Assembly (NCBI GenBank): GCA_964019335.1
Contig: OZ025657.1
Location: forward strand, 62,001-126,000
Length of the DNA stretch: 64,000 nt
Source: Diplonema japonicum
Lineage: Eukaryota > Protista > Euglenozoa: Diplonemea
Direction: 5' to 3'
Under the pieces are notes generated by a model. That model was not told where the DNA came from and ran no database searches. It saw only the letters and a list, made by a program, of their open reading frames with translations. Below are positions 1 through 12,685 of this stretch, piece by piece. The stretch's first letter is position 1. Each line of letters begins with the position of its first letter. The position numbers and the translations under genes were made by a program.

Positions 1-2772
1 CTCCACCATCCTGCCCTCTGTACGCTTCAGGCGGTACTTTAGGTGCAGTGGGAGGCGTGCGTCTTCGAGCACTTCTGATTTCAGCACTGGGTGCCCGCAG
101 ATATATTGCAAAAGGTACTCAACAAGGGGGTGGTTAGGGGTGTCCTTCCTCCACAGCCTGCAGCTATTGTCTTTAGATATGGTGAGGACGACGCTCCCGT
201 CGAAGCTGTAGCTGGAAATGACAACGCCCTTGTGCCCTGACAGCACCTGCAGGCATTCTCCTGTGGAGACCTTCCACCTTCGGCATGTCATGTCGGCAGA
301 ACCGGTGAGGAGCTCCTGGCCACCAGCTCCAAACGACACACAGCATATGCCGGCATGGTGCCCCTTCATCATTGAGATGCAGCCCGCAGAAAGCGTGTCC
401 CACACACGCGCACTCATGTCCTCCGATGCCGATGCCACCAGCCATCCATCTGCGGAAAACTCACAATCAGATACATCTTTAGAGTGCCCCTTGAGTGCCT
501 TACACCTCTTCGTGTTTGTGTCCCACAATCTGCACGTTGTGTCCGATGAGCAGCTCAACACCAGGTTGCCATGCACATTGAACTTCACAGCCGCCACCTC
601 ACCCCCGTGTCCTTCGAAGAGCGCTAGACACTCGCCCGTCAGTGAGTGCCACAATCGAACAGTTTCGTCTGCAGAACCGCTTGCAAGGAGGTCATTAGCG
701 GGAGAGAAGTCAACGCACACGATCTCAGCGCTGTGCCCGTGCAACATCGTTATCTGGCTGCCTGTGAGCGCATTCCATATGATCACAGTCTGGTCCATAG
801 ATCCAGAGGCAACTAGTGTTGACCCTTGGTTGACCGCCACACACACCACCTCGAGGTCATGCCCCACCAGGGTGTGGACGCACTCCCCTGTTCCTGCGTC
901 CCATAGTTTACACGTCTTGTCGAAAGACGCAGTCACAAGGCGGTCACAAAAAGGCGTGTTCCATATAACATCATACACGTAGCCCTCATGACCTCGGAGC
1001 GTATTAAGCAGCTCGCCACTGTTCCCGTCCCATACCTTTGCCGTCAAGTCGTACGAGCCTGTGGCCAGTTTGCACCCCGTGTTGTTGAGTGCACCGCTCG
1101 TAAGGCGAGCTGCTCGTGATAAGCCACCAACTGTGGGCTTTATAACCCTGTGGAGGTGATAGCCATTCGTATTGCCAGGAGCAGGTTTCATGATCAAAGG
1201 TTGAATGGAGTTGATCTGGAGACATGAGTTTTCAAGGTACCTGTCGACAAGGGACTTGTGTCTCTCTTCGGGAGTGACAGGGTCCGAGCGGGTAGTAAAG
1301 TTAGGGATACCAGACGGAGAACAAGGAGTGAGTGGTCGAGCGGTGGTGCGCACGATTGATGCGGCAACAATGGGGTTGAGACATCGCTTGTCACTCGCAA
1401 AATGCATTCCATCGAAGTGCTGACTAGTCAGCTTCTTCTCGCTAACTTCGCCTTCCTCATCGGCTTCCTCTTCTTCGTCGCCTACTGCATCTGTCTGCGT
1501 CTGTGCCTCCTCCTGCTGCGCCTGACCTGCGTACTGGGATGGCGGCGCGATATTAGCGTAGTAGATGTTCGCCTGCAGATCCTGGATCGCCTTTTCCAAG
1601 TCTTCCTGCGGGTTGACGGGCGGCTGCTGCTCTTTCAGCACACCAGGCGTTGAAGTCGTCATGAAGGACCAGTACATCCCGTTGTTGCTGTCAGGTTCGG
1701 GTGCGGTGTGAGGAGGAAGAGGAGAAGGAGGTGCTGGATGGAGGAGGCAGTCCGGGCCACCAACTGCCGTCATGTAGTTCAGCTTTCCAGGGAACTTAAA
1801 CGGGGTATCTATCTCTATGTTCTTAGGTTCGTAAGCATCGACAAGATCGAACAACGCAGCAACGTCATCAGTGACGGTTTTCAGCAAGTGGTGTGAAGAT
1901 GAGGAGGGTGTGGCATAACCGAAGACAACCCTGTTGTGTGCAGCGTCTTTGGAGATGCAGACTGTGCTTGTGCCTTCTTGCACATATGTTTTGAGGACAG
2001 GCTGGTCAGAGGGGAACTCTTGAGTTGGCGACGGCTGCTGGTGTTCTGCTTCGTCGCTGAGGAGCCACTCTTCGTCGTAAGGCTGGTTGTGCACAACAAG
2101 GTGCCCTTTGAACCCCGTGGGAGAGGCCGACAGGATGTTGTCATCAGACGACAACGGACGGTCGCTGCGTCGCCACATTCCCACCAAGGCCGCATCTTCT
2201 TTCGGAAGATCGTCGACAGCACTTACTAACTGCTCTGTTGACTCCATCTTCACGATTGGGATTGTGTGCTCAACGTTCCGCATCATTTCTATGACCTGCG
2301 ACCACTTCTCTTTCTCTCCCGCTCTTAGCTGTGCCATTTTCCTCTCACCATGCGCTGCAATTCTGCTCGCATAGTATTGGCTTGTCATCGTCCCTTCGAC
2401 GTTGATGTGCACCAGAGTCGGGTGGCTTGCAATAAGATCAAGCAGGTCTTTTCCACCCTTCCGGGTTATCAACCTGTTCTGGCCTACATTTAACACGTGC
2501 AACGAGTCACTTCTAAGACATCCAGCACACAGCACAGGACACGCTGCGTTGCTGACACCATTGTTCCTCAAGTCCAGAACTGCTAAATCTTTCATCACAT
2601 GAAGGGTCCTCCCCAATGCCACCACGCCAGCATCGCCAATATACGTATTCTTCAGCGAAAGGATATGCATTTCGTCCCCTTGCAGTGCTTCTAATAGCAT
2701 TGCATTAGGCTTCCGCCCTTCTTGTGCCACGCGGTGTAGGTACAGTCGTTGTGCTTCAGATAAGCACGCCAT
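1..2772 (-). CDS. LRR + IFT46-like segment + ODA16/DAW1-like WD40 propeller protein; 3' end runs off the window
   Basis: Absent from the ORF track because there is no stop before the window edge. Manual translation from ATG 2772 is open: MACLSEAQ..., RI-like LRRs ([25 protein letters not shown]), [50 protein letters not shown], then ~8 WD40 repeats ([53 protein letters not shown]). A pyrimidine tract and AG lie just upstream of the ATG. Confidence 0.85.
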   Translation of the reverse strand, partial: MACLSEAQRLYLHRVAQEGRKPNAMLLEALQGDEMHILSLKNTYIGDAGVVALGRTLHVMKDLAVLDLRNNGVSNAACPVLCAGCLRSDSLHVLNVGQNRLITRKGGKDLLDLIASHPTLVHINVEGTMTSQYYASRIAAHGERKMAQLRAGEKEKWSQVIEMMRNVEHTIPIVKMESTEQLVSAVDDLPKEDAALVGMWRRSDRPLSSDDNILSASPTGFKGHLVVHNQPYDEEWLLSDEAEHQQPSPTQEFPSDQPVLKTYVQEGTSTVCISKDAAHNRVVFGYATPSSSSHHLLKTVTDDVAALFDLVDAYEPKNIEIDTPFKFPGKLNYMTAVGGPDCLLHPAPPSPLPPHTAPEPDSNNGMYWSFMTTSTPGVLKEQQPPVNPQEDLEKAIQDLQANIYYANIAPPSQYAGQAQQEEAQTQTDAVGDEEEEADEEGEVSEKKLTSQHFDGMHFASDKRCLNPIVAASIVRTTARPLTPCSPSGIPNFTTRSDPVTPEERHKSLVDRYLENSCLQINSIQPLIMKPAPGNTNGYHLHRVIKPTVGGLSRAARLTSGALNNTGCKLATGSYDLTAKVWDGNSGELLNTLRGHEGYVYDVIWNTPFCDRLVTASFDKTCKLWDAGTGECVHTLVGHDLEVVCVAVNQGSTLVASGSMDQTVIIWNALTGSQITMLHGHSAEIVCVDFSPANDLLASGSADETVRLWHSLTGECLALFEGHGGEVAAVKFNVHGNLVLSCSSDTTCRLWDTNTKRCKALKGHSKDVSDCEFSADGWLVASASEDMSARVWDTLSAGCISMMKGHHAGICCVSFGAGGQELLTGSADMTCRRWKVSTGECLQVLSGHKGVVISSYSFDGSVVLTISKDNSCRLWRKDTPNHPLVEYLLQYICGHPVLKSEVLEDARLPLHLKYRLKRTEGRMVE

Positions 2773-2883
2773 GTATCCTGAGGGGACTGAAGAGGAAAAT
2801 GATCAAGTGAGGGATTGAAGAGGAAAATGAACTAGAAGCTTAGAAATCAGTGACTTATAAAAGACATAGATGAGATATTTAAA

Positions 2884-5800
2884 TCAGGACAGCATACCAA
2901 GTAATTTCTTCAGTTTGTCAGCATCCCAATTGTTTTTTGAGACAGCAACTTGTTTTAGGGTCCTTCCCTGCCATGGGCCGTAGCTGACCTTTTCTACAAA
3001 GGATAACCTTACCAGTGTCCAAGAGGTGTTCTCAAGGCCATTCTGCAGTGCGTAGTGAAACGGAGTGGCTTCGTTTGAATCTTTCGAGTCAAGATTGCCC
3101 TCGGCTAAGTCCTCGATGATATCTTGATGGTCGTCTTCAAAAGAGCAGTTCATACACACCACATGCAGCGCTGTTCTTTTGTCGTTGCTGGTTGCGTGTG
3201 TCTTGGCGCCCACTCGCAGCAGCTTACGTATGGCAGCTACGTTCCCTACTGCTGCTGCGCTGTGTAAAGGCGTTGCCCCCTCGTCATCTCTGCTGTTCAC
3301 GTTGGACAAGGTTACAAACACCTCGACAAGATCGCCTTCACACAGCTCTTTGTGCTTTACAAGTTCGTGCAAGGCCACGCTGCCAACGGGGAACTGCGGG
3401 ATTGGTTTGTCGCTGCTCTTTAGTAGTAGGGTCAACATCAGAGCTGTCTTCGTGCAGCCCGCGACGATGGCGACATGCAGCGGGACATACCCTTCAGCAT
3501 TGGTCACCAGAGACATGCGCAATGCTGCTTGCTTCGAGTCACTCGAACCGAATATCGTTGTCTCCGTTTTGAAGTGGTCATCCCACGCGGGGATGCCTGC
3601 CATCAGATGAAGGGGGGTATCGGGGCTCGCTTTAATCACGGCTTCAAGTAGACGCTCGTTCTTGGACATCACAACCGCTGTCAGGTTGCAAGCATCAACC
3701 TGAACCCGGTGCACCACAACATGGAAGGGCGTCATGGGGGTGTCGTTGACCATGCACACCGCAGCATGGTGTTCATCAGGGATTGATAGTACTTGGTCTG
3801 AGGTCTTCGCGTGTAGCAACGCCACGTGCCATGGAGTCCCGTCGGGACTGAGCGAAGGCTCGAGAAAGGTGCACAGGTGGTTGAGCATTGAGATGTTCTG
3901 CATCTGTGCAGCAGTGTGCAGCGGAGTGTAACCATTTGCGTCTTCTATGAGAGCAACTTCATTGTTGAATATCTTCTCATAAGCATTTGGCACAACGACG
4001 CCATACCCTGCAATGAGGTGCGCTAAGCTACGCATGGACGCATCTCTGCAGTCATGAAGCTCGTGGTTGAGGATGTCACATTGGTGTAGTTGCAGCGCAC
4101 AGCACGCAGACTCGTTTAACTTGTGATCCGACACGGAGTCTGTTTCCACGTTGTACTCATAGATCAACAAGAGGGCTTGTGCTACGTCACTTGGAAAGGT
4201 ACTCAGCTGGAGTGGATCAAGGTACACCCGCACCATTGCGCACACGACCCTGTACTTAAAGGTATGGCCTTGCCTGGAAAGAATTGAAGTCATCTCTCGA
4301 GCGACTCGTGGGTTATGCTCCTGCAGTCCCATTGGAACAGCATCACGTTTAATGAAGGCGACGGTGGCATAGAAAGCACTGATATCCCACGTTTCGAAAT
4401 CGAAGAGGAATGCTCCATCAGCCAACCGGTAGCCAATGAGTCCCATCAGTGTAGAACATAAAGGCAGAATGGTTAGGACTTCGCTAAGGCCACTTTTGTT
4501 AATACTGATGTTCTCCCTTTTGGTCAAAGACTCTGCCACGAGAACAACAATCTTCTTCAGTGCCTCCATGGCACCGTTGCACGTTCTCACCTTCCTGAAT
4601 AACTCTCGCAAGAAGTACGATTTCCTTTCATATCTGCCAAAGCCTGTATATACACGCTTGAGGTTTGTCCTGAGCGTTTTAGCATTACCGCTACGAGCTG
4701 CCTGAACCAAGATGTGTCCTTCAGCGAAGCAGCAAGCAGCTGTTAATAACATAGAGTGAGTCCTCTCACTGTCCTGCATGATGCCACTTCTGAACGATGC
4801 CTCGTACAATATAAAGGCTTCCAGTAGCCAATCTGAGTAGATCTCCTTCCTCGCTATGTCAAGGTGGTCCCTAAAAGCTGCCTGCTGCATGGACTCAATG
4901 AATAGTGCCCGGGAATACTCCAAGCGCGCACTGTATTCTTGATGCATGAAGTCGAGACGGACTAGTTCAGAGTGGCGGAGTGCTTCCTGCTGAATCGCTG
5001 ACAACAAAGCGACGGCAAAAGGAGCTACGAAAGCGGACCAAGCTGAGAAGAATTCGTGTTCCACGGACACTCGTACAAGAGTTTCTTCATGCTGCACCAA
5101 GGGTGCAAGGCCTGCAGTGAAGTGCACATCATATACAAGTAGCATGAGATAGGACGACTCTGCTTGTTCTTCGACTGCAACGACGCTTCTCGAGGCATAG
5201 TGGCTGCACACTAGATAACTAGCAGCTGTCAGGTATTCCATGGCATGCCGCTCCATATTGTCCAGCCTAGTGCGCTCCTGTAGCTCCACCCAGCACAGCA
5301 ACTCACAGCGCTGTGCCCATTCCTCTCCCATCAATATTTGCCTTACGTTCTCCTCAGCCACTCTTATCAAGGATGTTGACTCGCTTTCCTCGATCACAAG
5401 GATCCTGCCACCAGCCTCTTTCAACATGATATGCAGCACGCAGTGTTCATATAGTTGCTGCGCTTCAAGCTCCTCACCCTTCTTCTGACAGAGCACCTGA
5501 AGCACACTGCAACGACGCATTGTAAGAATGCGAATGCCGTCGTGATCATGATCGTGAGCAATGCCAACTCTGGAACACGCTTCTTCCAACTGCAGTCGTG
5601 CAAAAACCTCTTCAAGCCGAAGAAGCCGGTGCTCCACTAGGTATTCTTTATGGAGGAAGAGATATCTGAAGAAGCAAGAGCAATCCCACTCGATGACTTT
5701 CTTCTTGCTTTCTGATTCTAAAGATAAGCAAAGGTATTTGCAGCGTACAAAATGATTTCCACGGTCTGCCGCTTCTTGCCGCAGACAGATGTTCCTCTTG

Positions 5801-7098
5801 ACGTCCTCTCCCGCTACGAGAGCAGCCATGTGCACTTGTGCTCGATACCAGTGCTCTGTCATGAGCAGTTGAGTTTGCATTAGTTGCTTGACAGCCCACC
5901 CGCACTCCAGCTGCACGTACCGCCTCTCTCTGTGCACGCGCACCTCAAACACGATCCTTTTGTGAACTAACTTGATTTCTCTCGGCTGGCTTCCGTCCTC
6001 CAAAGCCCTCCTGTGCTGCTTCTCCTCGTACTGTATCTTCGACACTGTCACAGACCCTTCGAACCGCTCTCTGAATGTTTCGAAGCATTCCCGTTCGATG
6101 GCTGCTCTAGCAGGCATTTCCTTATACATGATACCGGCTATCCCTTCACTGCTTAGAATTAATAAATAGCTGTTGTCTTCCTCTTGTTCTATGCTGCATT
6201 TACATGCTGTGTGCCCACTCTCGAGAAACTCCTTGAGCAAGGATACCCATGCCTTACCTTCTTTTTTGAAAACACGTTTGAGCCTTCTTTTAGTTGTGGC
6301 GATGACGTCGTACTGCCTTTGGATGATGCCCTCAGGTGGCGGCATGGGACGTGAGGCGAGGGGCGGCGATGGGGTGGGCATGCCGCACGATGCAACACGC
6401 TTCGCGTGCTTCAAGGGGACACCTAAGGAAAGTGCCGAAGAGCAGCTGAGCGCAGGGGGCGACGGTGCATGTACCACTGCAGGGACAGGGGACCGGGACC
6501 CACACCGCTGCTGCGTCGTCATGGGACGTTGTGGAGCAGTGGTGACTGCGACTGTAGCAGTGGGGTCGGACCACGCAGGGACAGTTTGCGGCATGAAAGA
6601 ACCGCCTTGAATGGAGCACATGATACGTCCGTGAAGAGATGTGGAGCTGACGTCCACACGTGAGGAAGTGATGACCCACTCATTGAGGGATGGGGCGTGA
6701 TACAACCAACGTGTGCTTTCAAAGCGGCCGTAGCGACGCCAGATAGCCGTTGCCGGGAACAGCAGGCTGTAGGTCCCCGAACACCCACAGGTGGTAATGA
6801 CACTTAGACTGCGCGGGAGCTCGTGTTCTAGGTTCAAGACCTTGGAGGCACCGCCCCATTTCAGTTGCAACGGGAGTCTATACCTATGTCGCTCGCTCAC
6901 CGCCACCACCTTATTTCTTTTGTCCATCACCACCCACTTCCCACCTTTTGACAGCATCACTCTGTCAGCACTCTCCCAGTACGGCAAGCCTTCATTCCCA
7001 ACTCCCGCCACAGCATACCCTCCCACCACCCTCTTGTTGGTGCTCGACACCCACACCTTCTTTGGGACATCGATCACCTCAATCACATTCCCCTTCAT
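2884..7098 (-). CDS. Large protein with N-terminal Trp-rich modules, central helical/coiled-coil repeats and C-terminal ankyrin repeats
   Basis: 1423-aa ORF. Ankyrin motifs GYTPLHTAA, GATPLHSAAAVGN, RTALHVVC, ATPFHYAL. Likely start MKGNVIEV at 7098, just after an AG. Confidence 0.85.
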   Translation of the reverse strand: MKGNVIEVIDVPKKVWVSSTNKRVVGGYAVAGVGNEGLPYWESADRVMLSKGGKWVVMDKRNKVVAVSERHRYRLPLQLKWGGASKVLNLEHELPRSLSVITTCGCSGTYSLLFPATAIWRRYGRFESTRWLYHAPSLNEWVITSSRVDVSSTSLHGRIMCSIQGGSFMPQTVPAWSDPTATVAVTTAPQRPMTTQQRCGSRSPVPAVVHAPSPPALSCSSALSLGVPLKHAKRVASCGMPTPSPPLASRPMPPPEGIIQRQYDVIATTKRRLKRVFKKEGKAWVSLLKEFLESGHTACKCSIEQEEDNSYLLILSSEGIAGIMYKEMPARAAIERECFETFRERFEGSVTVSKIQYEEKQHRRALEDGSQPREIKLVHKRIVFEVRVHRERRYVQLECGWAVKQLMQTQLLMTEHWYRAQVHMAALVAGEDVKRNICLRQEAADRGNHFVRCKYLCLSLESESKKKVIEWDCSCFFRYLFLHKEYLVEHRLLRLEEVFARLQLEEACSRVGIAHDHDHDGIRILTMRRCSVLQVLCQKKGEELEAQQLYEHCVLHIMLKEAGGRILVIEESESTSLIRVAEENVRQILMGEEWAQRCELLCWVELQERTRLDNMERHAMEYLTAASYLVCSHYASRSVVAVEEQAESSYLMLLVYDVHFTAGLAPLVQHEETLVRVSVEHEFFSAWSAFVAPFAVALLSAIQQEALRHSELVRLDFMHQEYSARLEYSRALFIESMQQAAFRDHLDIARKEIYSDWLLEAFILYEASFRSGIMQDSERTHSMLLTAACCFAEGHILVQAARSGNAKTLRTNLKRVYTGFGRYERKSYFLRELFRKVRTCNGAMEALKKIVVLVAESLTKRENISINKSGLSEVLTILPLCSTLMGLIGYRLADGAFLFDFETWDISAFYATVAFIKRDAVPMGLQEHNPRVAREMTSILSRQGHTFKYRVVCAMVRVYLDPLQLSTFPSDVAQALLLIYEYNVETDSVSDHKLNESACCALQLHQCDILNHELHDCRDASMRSLAHLIAGYGVVVPNAYEKIFNNEVALIEDANGYTPLHTAAQMQNISMLNHLCTFLEPSLSPDGTPWHVALLHAKTSDQVLSIPDEHHAAVCMVNDTPMTPFHVVVHRVQVDACNLTAVVMSKNERLLEAVIKASPDTPLHLMAGIPAWDDHFKTETTIFGSSDSKQAALRMSLVTNAEGYVPLHVAIVAGCTKTALMLTLLLKSSDKPIPQFPVGSVALHELVKHKELCEGDLVEVFVTLSNVNSRDDEGATPLHSAAAVGNVAAIRKLLRVGAKTHATSNDKRTALHVVCMNCSFEDDHQDIIEDLAEGNLDSKDSNEATPFHYALQNGLENTSWTLVRLSFVEKVSYGPWQGRTLKQVAVSKNNWDADKLKKLLGMLS

Positions 7099-7534
7099 CC
7101 TGAATGAGGGAATGAAACAGCAACTGAAGTTACAACGACAATGAAAAGCTGACAAGTAAATGGGGAAGGTGGGTATGGAGATTTGAGGGAAAAAATGGGG
7201 GATAAAAAAGGAAAATGAAGGGGATCAGGGATGGCGTTGCCGGGAAAAGGCTTTTGAAATATTGAAAGGGACTCAAGATCGAGGTTTCTTTTCCCTGCTT
7301 TCTTTTGAACACTGGGGGAGGGGGTTGAGGATAATTTTCGGAGACACTGCCTTTCAACATTTCTTTTGTTCTTAATATGCGTAGATTTTGATTAGTGGGG
7401 AATAAAGGGGGTACAAAACAGGCTGCCCGTTTAGAACACTCTTGATGCAGGTCCTTAGGGAAATGAAGAGGTAGCTTAATTCTTCTCCTTTTTTTTCTTC
7501 TTTTTTTTCTTCTTCTTTTTTTCTTTCTTGTTTT

Positions 7535-10500
7535 CTAACTGTCACCGTTTTCCGTCCCGTTTTCTCCTCTTTTTTTCTTTTTGCTCTTTTTTTCTTTTTT
7601 GCCTTTCTTCTCTTTTTTGCTACTCTTTTCTTTTTTCTTGGACACGACTTGCCGCCTCTTCCTGGGGACCTCGTCTTCATCATCGTCTTCATCGGTGAGG
7701 GCACCTTCAGAGATGAAGTCGTCACCTTCCTCACTTTCCGAGATCTAAAGAGGCTTAAGAAAATTATCATGCATACCGAGGCAGTTCTGTCAGAGCCGTC
7801 TGACATAGCATCAATTTCGGCCATTTCTGCTGCTGTGAGCTTCCGCTTGCGTTTCTTTAAGGGAGATGTTTCTACGACAGTAGTCTCAGCAGTCACGTCC
7901 AAGGTGCCCATGGAGCTGTCGTTCAACAGCTTACTCGAGTAGTGGTCCATGTTGCTCTGCTGTGCCATCAGCGCTGCATTGAACGCTTCGTCCCCCTCCT
8001 CCTCCGAATCAGGAGCATCTGTGAAGTCGAACCCATTCGCCCTATCCTCCCCGACTCGCTTTTTCGTCCCCTTCGTACTCTTAGTAGGCTTCTCCTTTGG
8101 TACTGCCTCCGCATTTTCGCGCAACTCCTTCTCCATTGCCGCGTTCATCTCGATCAGCTTCCTCTCCTGCTCTTCCATCCTCTTCGCCTTCAGCTCCTCC
8201 CGCTGCCTCCTCTCCGTCTCATTCTGCTGCGCCTGCGCCTCCTTCCACGAGGTCAGTTTCATCCTCGATTGCTCGAAGCTTTCTTTCGTCTTCGCAGCGT
8301 GCTTCTCCACGATAGCAATGCCCCTCTTCTCGTCATCGATCAGCTTCGTTATCGTCTCGCACAGCTTGATGTGCTTCCTCACCTTCTCAGAGTGATAGCT
8401 CATCGACGTCGCCACTGAGGCAGACGCACCTTCATTCGCCGCATCGAATTCTATTATGAGTCTCTTGAAGGCAGCAAGCGAGGTGGCAACCTGACCCTCT
8501 GCTACAAGGATCTCCTCTGCTGTCTTCACCTTGTCATCGAGGAAGTCTTGCAACACGCTACCGAGCGTCGAGAGGGAAAGGTTTAAGGAGGAGCTGACGG
8601 ACTGTGGTGCACTGGATGCAGCATGGGCAAAGCCTCGCACAGCTGACCTGAAGTCCTTTTTCTGGGCGTGGCAGTGCGCCAGCTTGCCAGGGATATCTGC
8701 CGCAGGGAGCATGGTATTCAGCTTGGGGTCCTCCTCAAGCTTCCCGACAAGAGAGTAGTACAAGGGAAGCGCCGAGTTGGGGAGCTTGCCCATGAAGCAG
8801 CACTGTGCAAGGTTGAATGTTGCCACGTCGTCGAGATCGCTGTTCGGGACGTGCGCTTCCTTTACTCGCTCGATTAGCTGTTTCACAGCATTGACGTTGT
8901 TGGAGCTTCGTGCTGCTAAACAGCACGCTAGGTTATGCACAGCATAGGCATTGTTCTTGTCCCTAGAGTAGATCTGCTTGTACTTCTCCTCCGCCTTCGC
9001 CAGGTGGTCCTCCCTGTTCTCCTTTGACGTGTTGCTGTTGGCTGCAAGAATGTAGTGACCGTTGGCCTCGATCAACAGAGCAAGGTTCTTCAGATCGACT
9101 GACTGGGGGTCATTTCTGTCCTGCAGCATTTGGGTGACTTCTGCCGCATGGTTGATGGCAGGCTTCCAGAAACCTATTCTACCCAATATGGTGGCGAGCT
9201 GTATCCTTGGCAGGGGCGATGAAGAACTCTTGAGGACACTCCTCGCAAGCTCTGCAAGTGCTACTGCCTTCTTTGACTGGCCAAGCTGCTGGAAGAGGTC
9301 CACCAGTACGATATACGAGTCCACGAAGCCGGGCCAGTTCTTGATGATGTAGAGGTGCTTGTTTGCAGCTTCCTTGAGGTTCTTGTTCTTCTCGTGCAGA
9401 ATGGCAATATTGTATTGCAGAGTGACAATAAGAGCTGTGTCTTTTGAAGAGGTAGTTAGCTCAGTGGCCTTGTTGAGAGTCGCTGTCGCCTTGTCCAACT
9501 CGTCGCAGTGAATGTACAGAGCAGCTAAGTTGTTGAGCAGGCTGGGTGGTATGGGCTTGCTTGTGGCCTCGAGAGATCGCACCTGCTCTTCAAAGCAATG
9601 GAGGGCAGAGGCAGGTTCCAGACGCTCAAGGAAGCCCCTCAGCGACCACGCTTCCGGGTCCAAAGGGTTCGCCACATCTGTGATTTTGTGCAGCAGCCCC
9701 AGTGCGTCGCTCAGTGTCTTGTCACGTGCCTTTGTGTCTTGCAGAGCCATGTACTTCCACGTGTTGAGCTTTGACATCACAGAGAGCAAGTCAACGTTGT
9801 CGGGGCAGAGAGAGAAGCACCTTTCAAGAAGCTCAAGCACAGCGTCCACGTCTTTGCTTTGCACCGACGTCACTTGCCCTGTGAGGTTCTTCTGGACCAG
9901 ACACTGCGCCGTGCTGTACAGAGCCAGCAGATGCGTCGAGTCGTACTTTAGTGCCTTTTTATAAGACTTTTCCGCACTTTCGAAATTCTTCTTGGCATGG
10001 GCAACACGGCCCATTTGGAAGTGCGTTTCAGCCAAGAGGCTCTCGTCGCCACCTTCTTTCATGACCTCTTGCAAGAGCTGCTCGATGTTACTGGAGATAG
10101 CCTCATCCTTCTTAACATAGTACTCCCTGAACAAGGCGTTCGAAAACATATTGATCACAACAGGATCACGACCCTTGTTGTTCTTCATTGCTAAGTACAG
10201 GTTCTTGTTGCCCTGCTTATGCCGTTCGGCTGCATCGGCACCTTGGTACCCTAGCAGAATACCGGCAAGGCCTAGGAGTGCGCGTGTCTGGTTTGGTTCG
10301 ACCTCGACCGCTCTCTGGAAAGACTTAATGGCGGGATCCTCCTGTCCGAGCTTGAAGTTGCAATAGGCGAGGCCGAGCCTGACGGCGTTGGGCGTGTGAC
10401 CTGGTGTGAGTGAGACGATGTCGGCGAACTCCTTCCATGCTTCGACGTACTCCTCCAGCTTGTACTGGCAGATCGCTATGGACATCTGGAGCTGGGCTTG

Positions 10501-11031
10501 CTGAGTCACTGTCCTGCAGATAGGTCGGATAGCCTCGAGGCGCTTGAGAGAGAGACGGTACTCGCCTTCTTTCTGGGAGGTGTTGAGGTGCTTAGAGTGG
10601 TCAGTCTTGACGATGGAGCGGTTGACTTCAAGAAGCTTGCCCCACGGGTGCGACATATCGTAGGTGAAGCCTGCAAGAAGGCAACGTTTGTAGGAGGCGT
10701 CGGCCTGCTCGTTGGTTTCGTCCTCGGTGACGGCGCGGAGCCAGTACCCAGCCAAGGAGAAGCACACCTCGCACCGCTTGCTCCTCTCGAGGAATGTTTC
10801 TGCAGACTTTGCTTCCATGGCCTCCATTGCCCTTTCCAACACTGCTCTATACTTTTCGCTTTGACCGTTCTCCTCATAAAACAACGCTGTTCGCAGCCAC
10901 TCATCATACCCTTCACAGTTCCCCAGCACATCCACTACTTCCTCCGCCCCGTCCTGCAAAGTAAGCTCAATGTCCATTACACCTCCATCCTCATCGTGCA
11001 GCTTGATGGAGTGCATCTTCACCCCATCCAT
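7535..11031 (-). CDS. CTR9: Paf1 complex subunit Ctr9 (TPR protein); one 32-nt intron 7745-7776
   Basis: Many TPRs. Ctr9-like N-terminus (IELTLQDGAEEVVDVL..WLRTALFY) and KQIYSRDKNNAYAVHNLACCLA. The GTATG..TTTAG intron restores an acidic/lysine-rich tail ending at TAG 7535. Confidence 0.8.
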
Positions 11032-11603
11032 CTCTTCCTCCCACCTGTACCTTGACCTTTCTATTCCCCCACCACACCACCCCTTTTCTGTTGTCTTTCC
11101 CCACACTAACAGACGAATAAAAACAAGGATACAATTCAATAAATAAAAAAGTTTAAAAATACATCGTTGAATGCAGCAGGATACCAAAATGGCGGGACAA
11201 AAGGGAGAAAAAAGGAAAGCAGGAGAAGATAGGAAAATGAGGTCCCTGATCTGGGAAAGTCCTCACTTAATCACTCGACCTGCCTCTTTTCACCCTGATG
11301 TGTGGGTCTAAAGAGTGGGGAGGGGAAGCATAGGGTAAAAAAATATTACATACAGAGGGGAGGAAAATAAACACCCTGTGGGGAATGGTCCTTAATACAA
11401 AAGATATTACCTTGGTGGTTTGCCTTTGGGGGGGACAGAAAGAAAACGACCGGTCGAGAAAATTAAAACTTAGTTCAAAAAAAAACGTGCGGCAACCACA
11501 CAAACAGAGGCAAATCGGAAAGGGGAGAACACTCATATCCTCACTTAATATCAACCCCAATAAAGGGGGCGTTGCTACGGCGGGTGGAAGGCGGTGACGT
11601 GTT

Positions 11604-12587
11604 TCACATTGCAGGCATAAATGATGAGTCATAGGTAGGTGCCATGATGGGGCCGAGGTGAGGATGATCGATATGGCTGGAGGGCGGGGGCGAAGAGGAG
11701 TAGTTTGTGGGTGAGGGTGACATGTCACGGCGAGGCGGCGAGGAGCTCTGGGGGCGGCGGGTTGGGCTGCGGGAAGGGCTGCTCGGAGCGGCTATGTGAT
11801 TCCTGTCCAAAGGAAGAGGGCTCAGCAGCATGCGCGACTGAGCGCTGGGAGACACTGACCGAGGCTGGGGCCTCCTCTGTGGAGGGGTTCTTCTCATCCC
11901 AGAACTAGCCATCTGCACTGGTACGTGCGACGGCACAGCGTGCACCCTCTTTGAACTAAGCTCCATCTGCACTGCGTTCTCCCTCACCTCCCTTCGCAAC
12001 ATCTCTAGCTCCTCCCTTTCATCCCTGCACAACTCTAGTGACCTCTGCACGGCAAGCAGCTGCTCCATCGCAGCATGCGTGTTTCTCAACGCCTCCTCAA
12101 TAGGTCCACCCATAGTCACGGGAGCACCTGAGTACAAGTGGCACAGCCCCACCTTCGACGCTGGCGTTGACATCAGCTCCAACTTCCACTCCTCGTTACC
12201 CACCACGATCTGCGAGAATAAAGTAACCTTCAACAGCATACCGTGAAACACGTAGTCCTCACGCCATCAATGGGGCCGACTTCTGCACCGGGACCCACCT
12301 TGTCCAGTCTCACGCCCTCAACATCTGTCGTCAGGTACACATAATCACTACCAGCTAGGTTTGGGTGCATCGACAGCACATCCACATGAGGCGATGTCCC
12401 CCGCAGGGAATCGTTCTGTTTGGGTGCGCATTAACAGGCACATACCTTCACTTGCCCCAGGAATCGGACGACCTGCGTGGCTCCTTGGGGGCTTAGCACT
12501 GTGTCGGTGCCAGGAGAGATTGGGAGGTCCTGTGGGGTGCCGTGCAAAAGAAAAGTCGCATACCAACAGAGCACCTGCTTCCAGCAT
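11604..12587 (-). CDS. Hypothetical coiled-coil / Ser-Pro-Arg-rich protein; introns 12530-12563, 12416-12445, 12210-12241
   Basis: Three phase-0 GTATG..AG introns (34, 30, 32 nt) join MLEAGALL / DLPISPG..GQVK / NDSLRG..TCFT / IVVGNEEW.. into one frame. Confidence 0.65.
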
Positions 12588-12685
12588 CTGAGAATTCCAC
12601 ATTTTTTCTGTGTTTTAAATTTCTGCCCTTTCGCCACCCCCTGTGTAGTGGTCATGACATTGGCACCCATCCGACTGAAATAAAT

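Noticed and set aside
218-982. 254-aa plus-strand ORF
   Set aside because: Antisense shadow of the WD40 repeats on the minus strand.
2788-2830. Short direct repeat TGAAGAGGAAAATGA x2
   Set aside because: Small local duplication within a pyrimidine tract; not an array or CRISPR.
7372-7534. Lysine-rich ORF extensions and other poly-K/poly-F ORFs in 18700-23760
   Set aside because: Translations of A/T homopolymer tracts in introns and UTRs.
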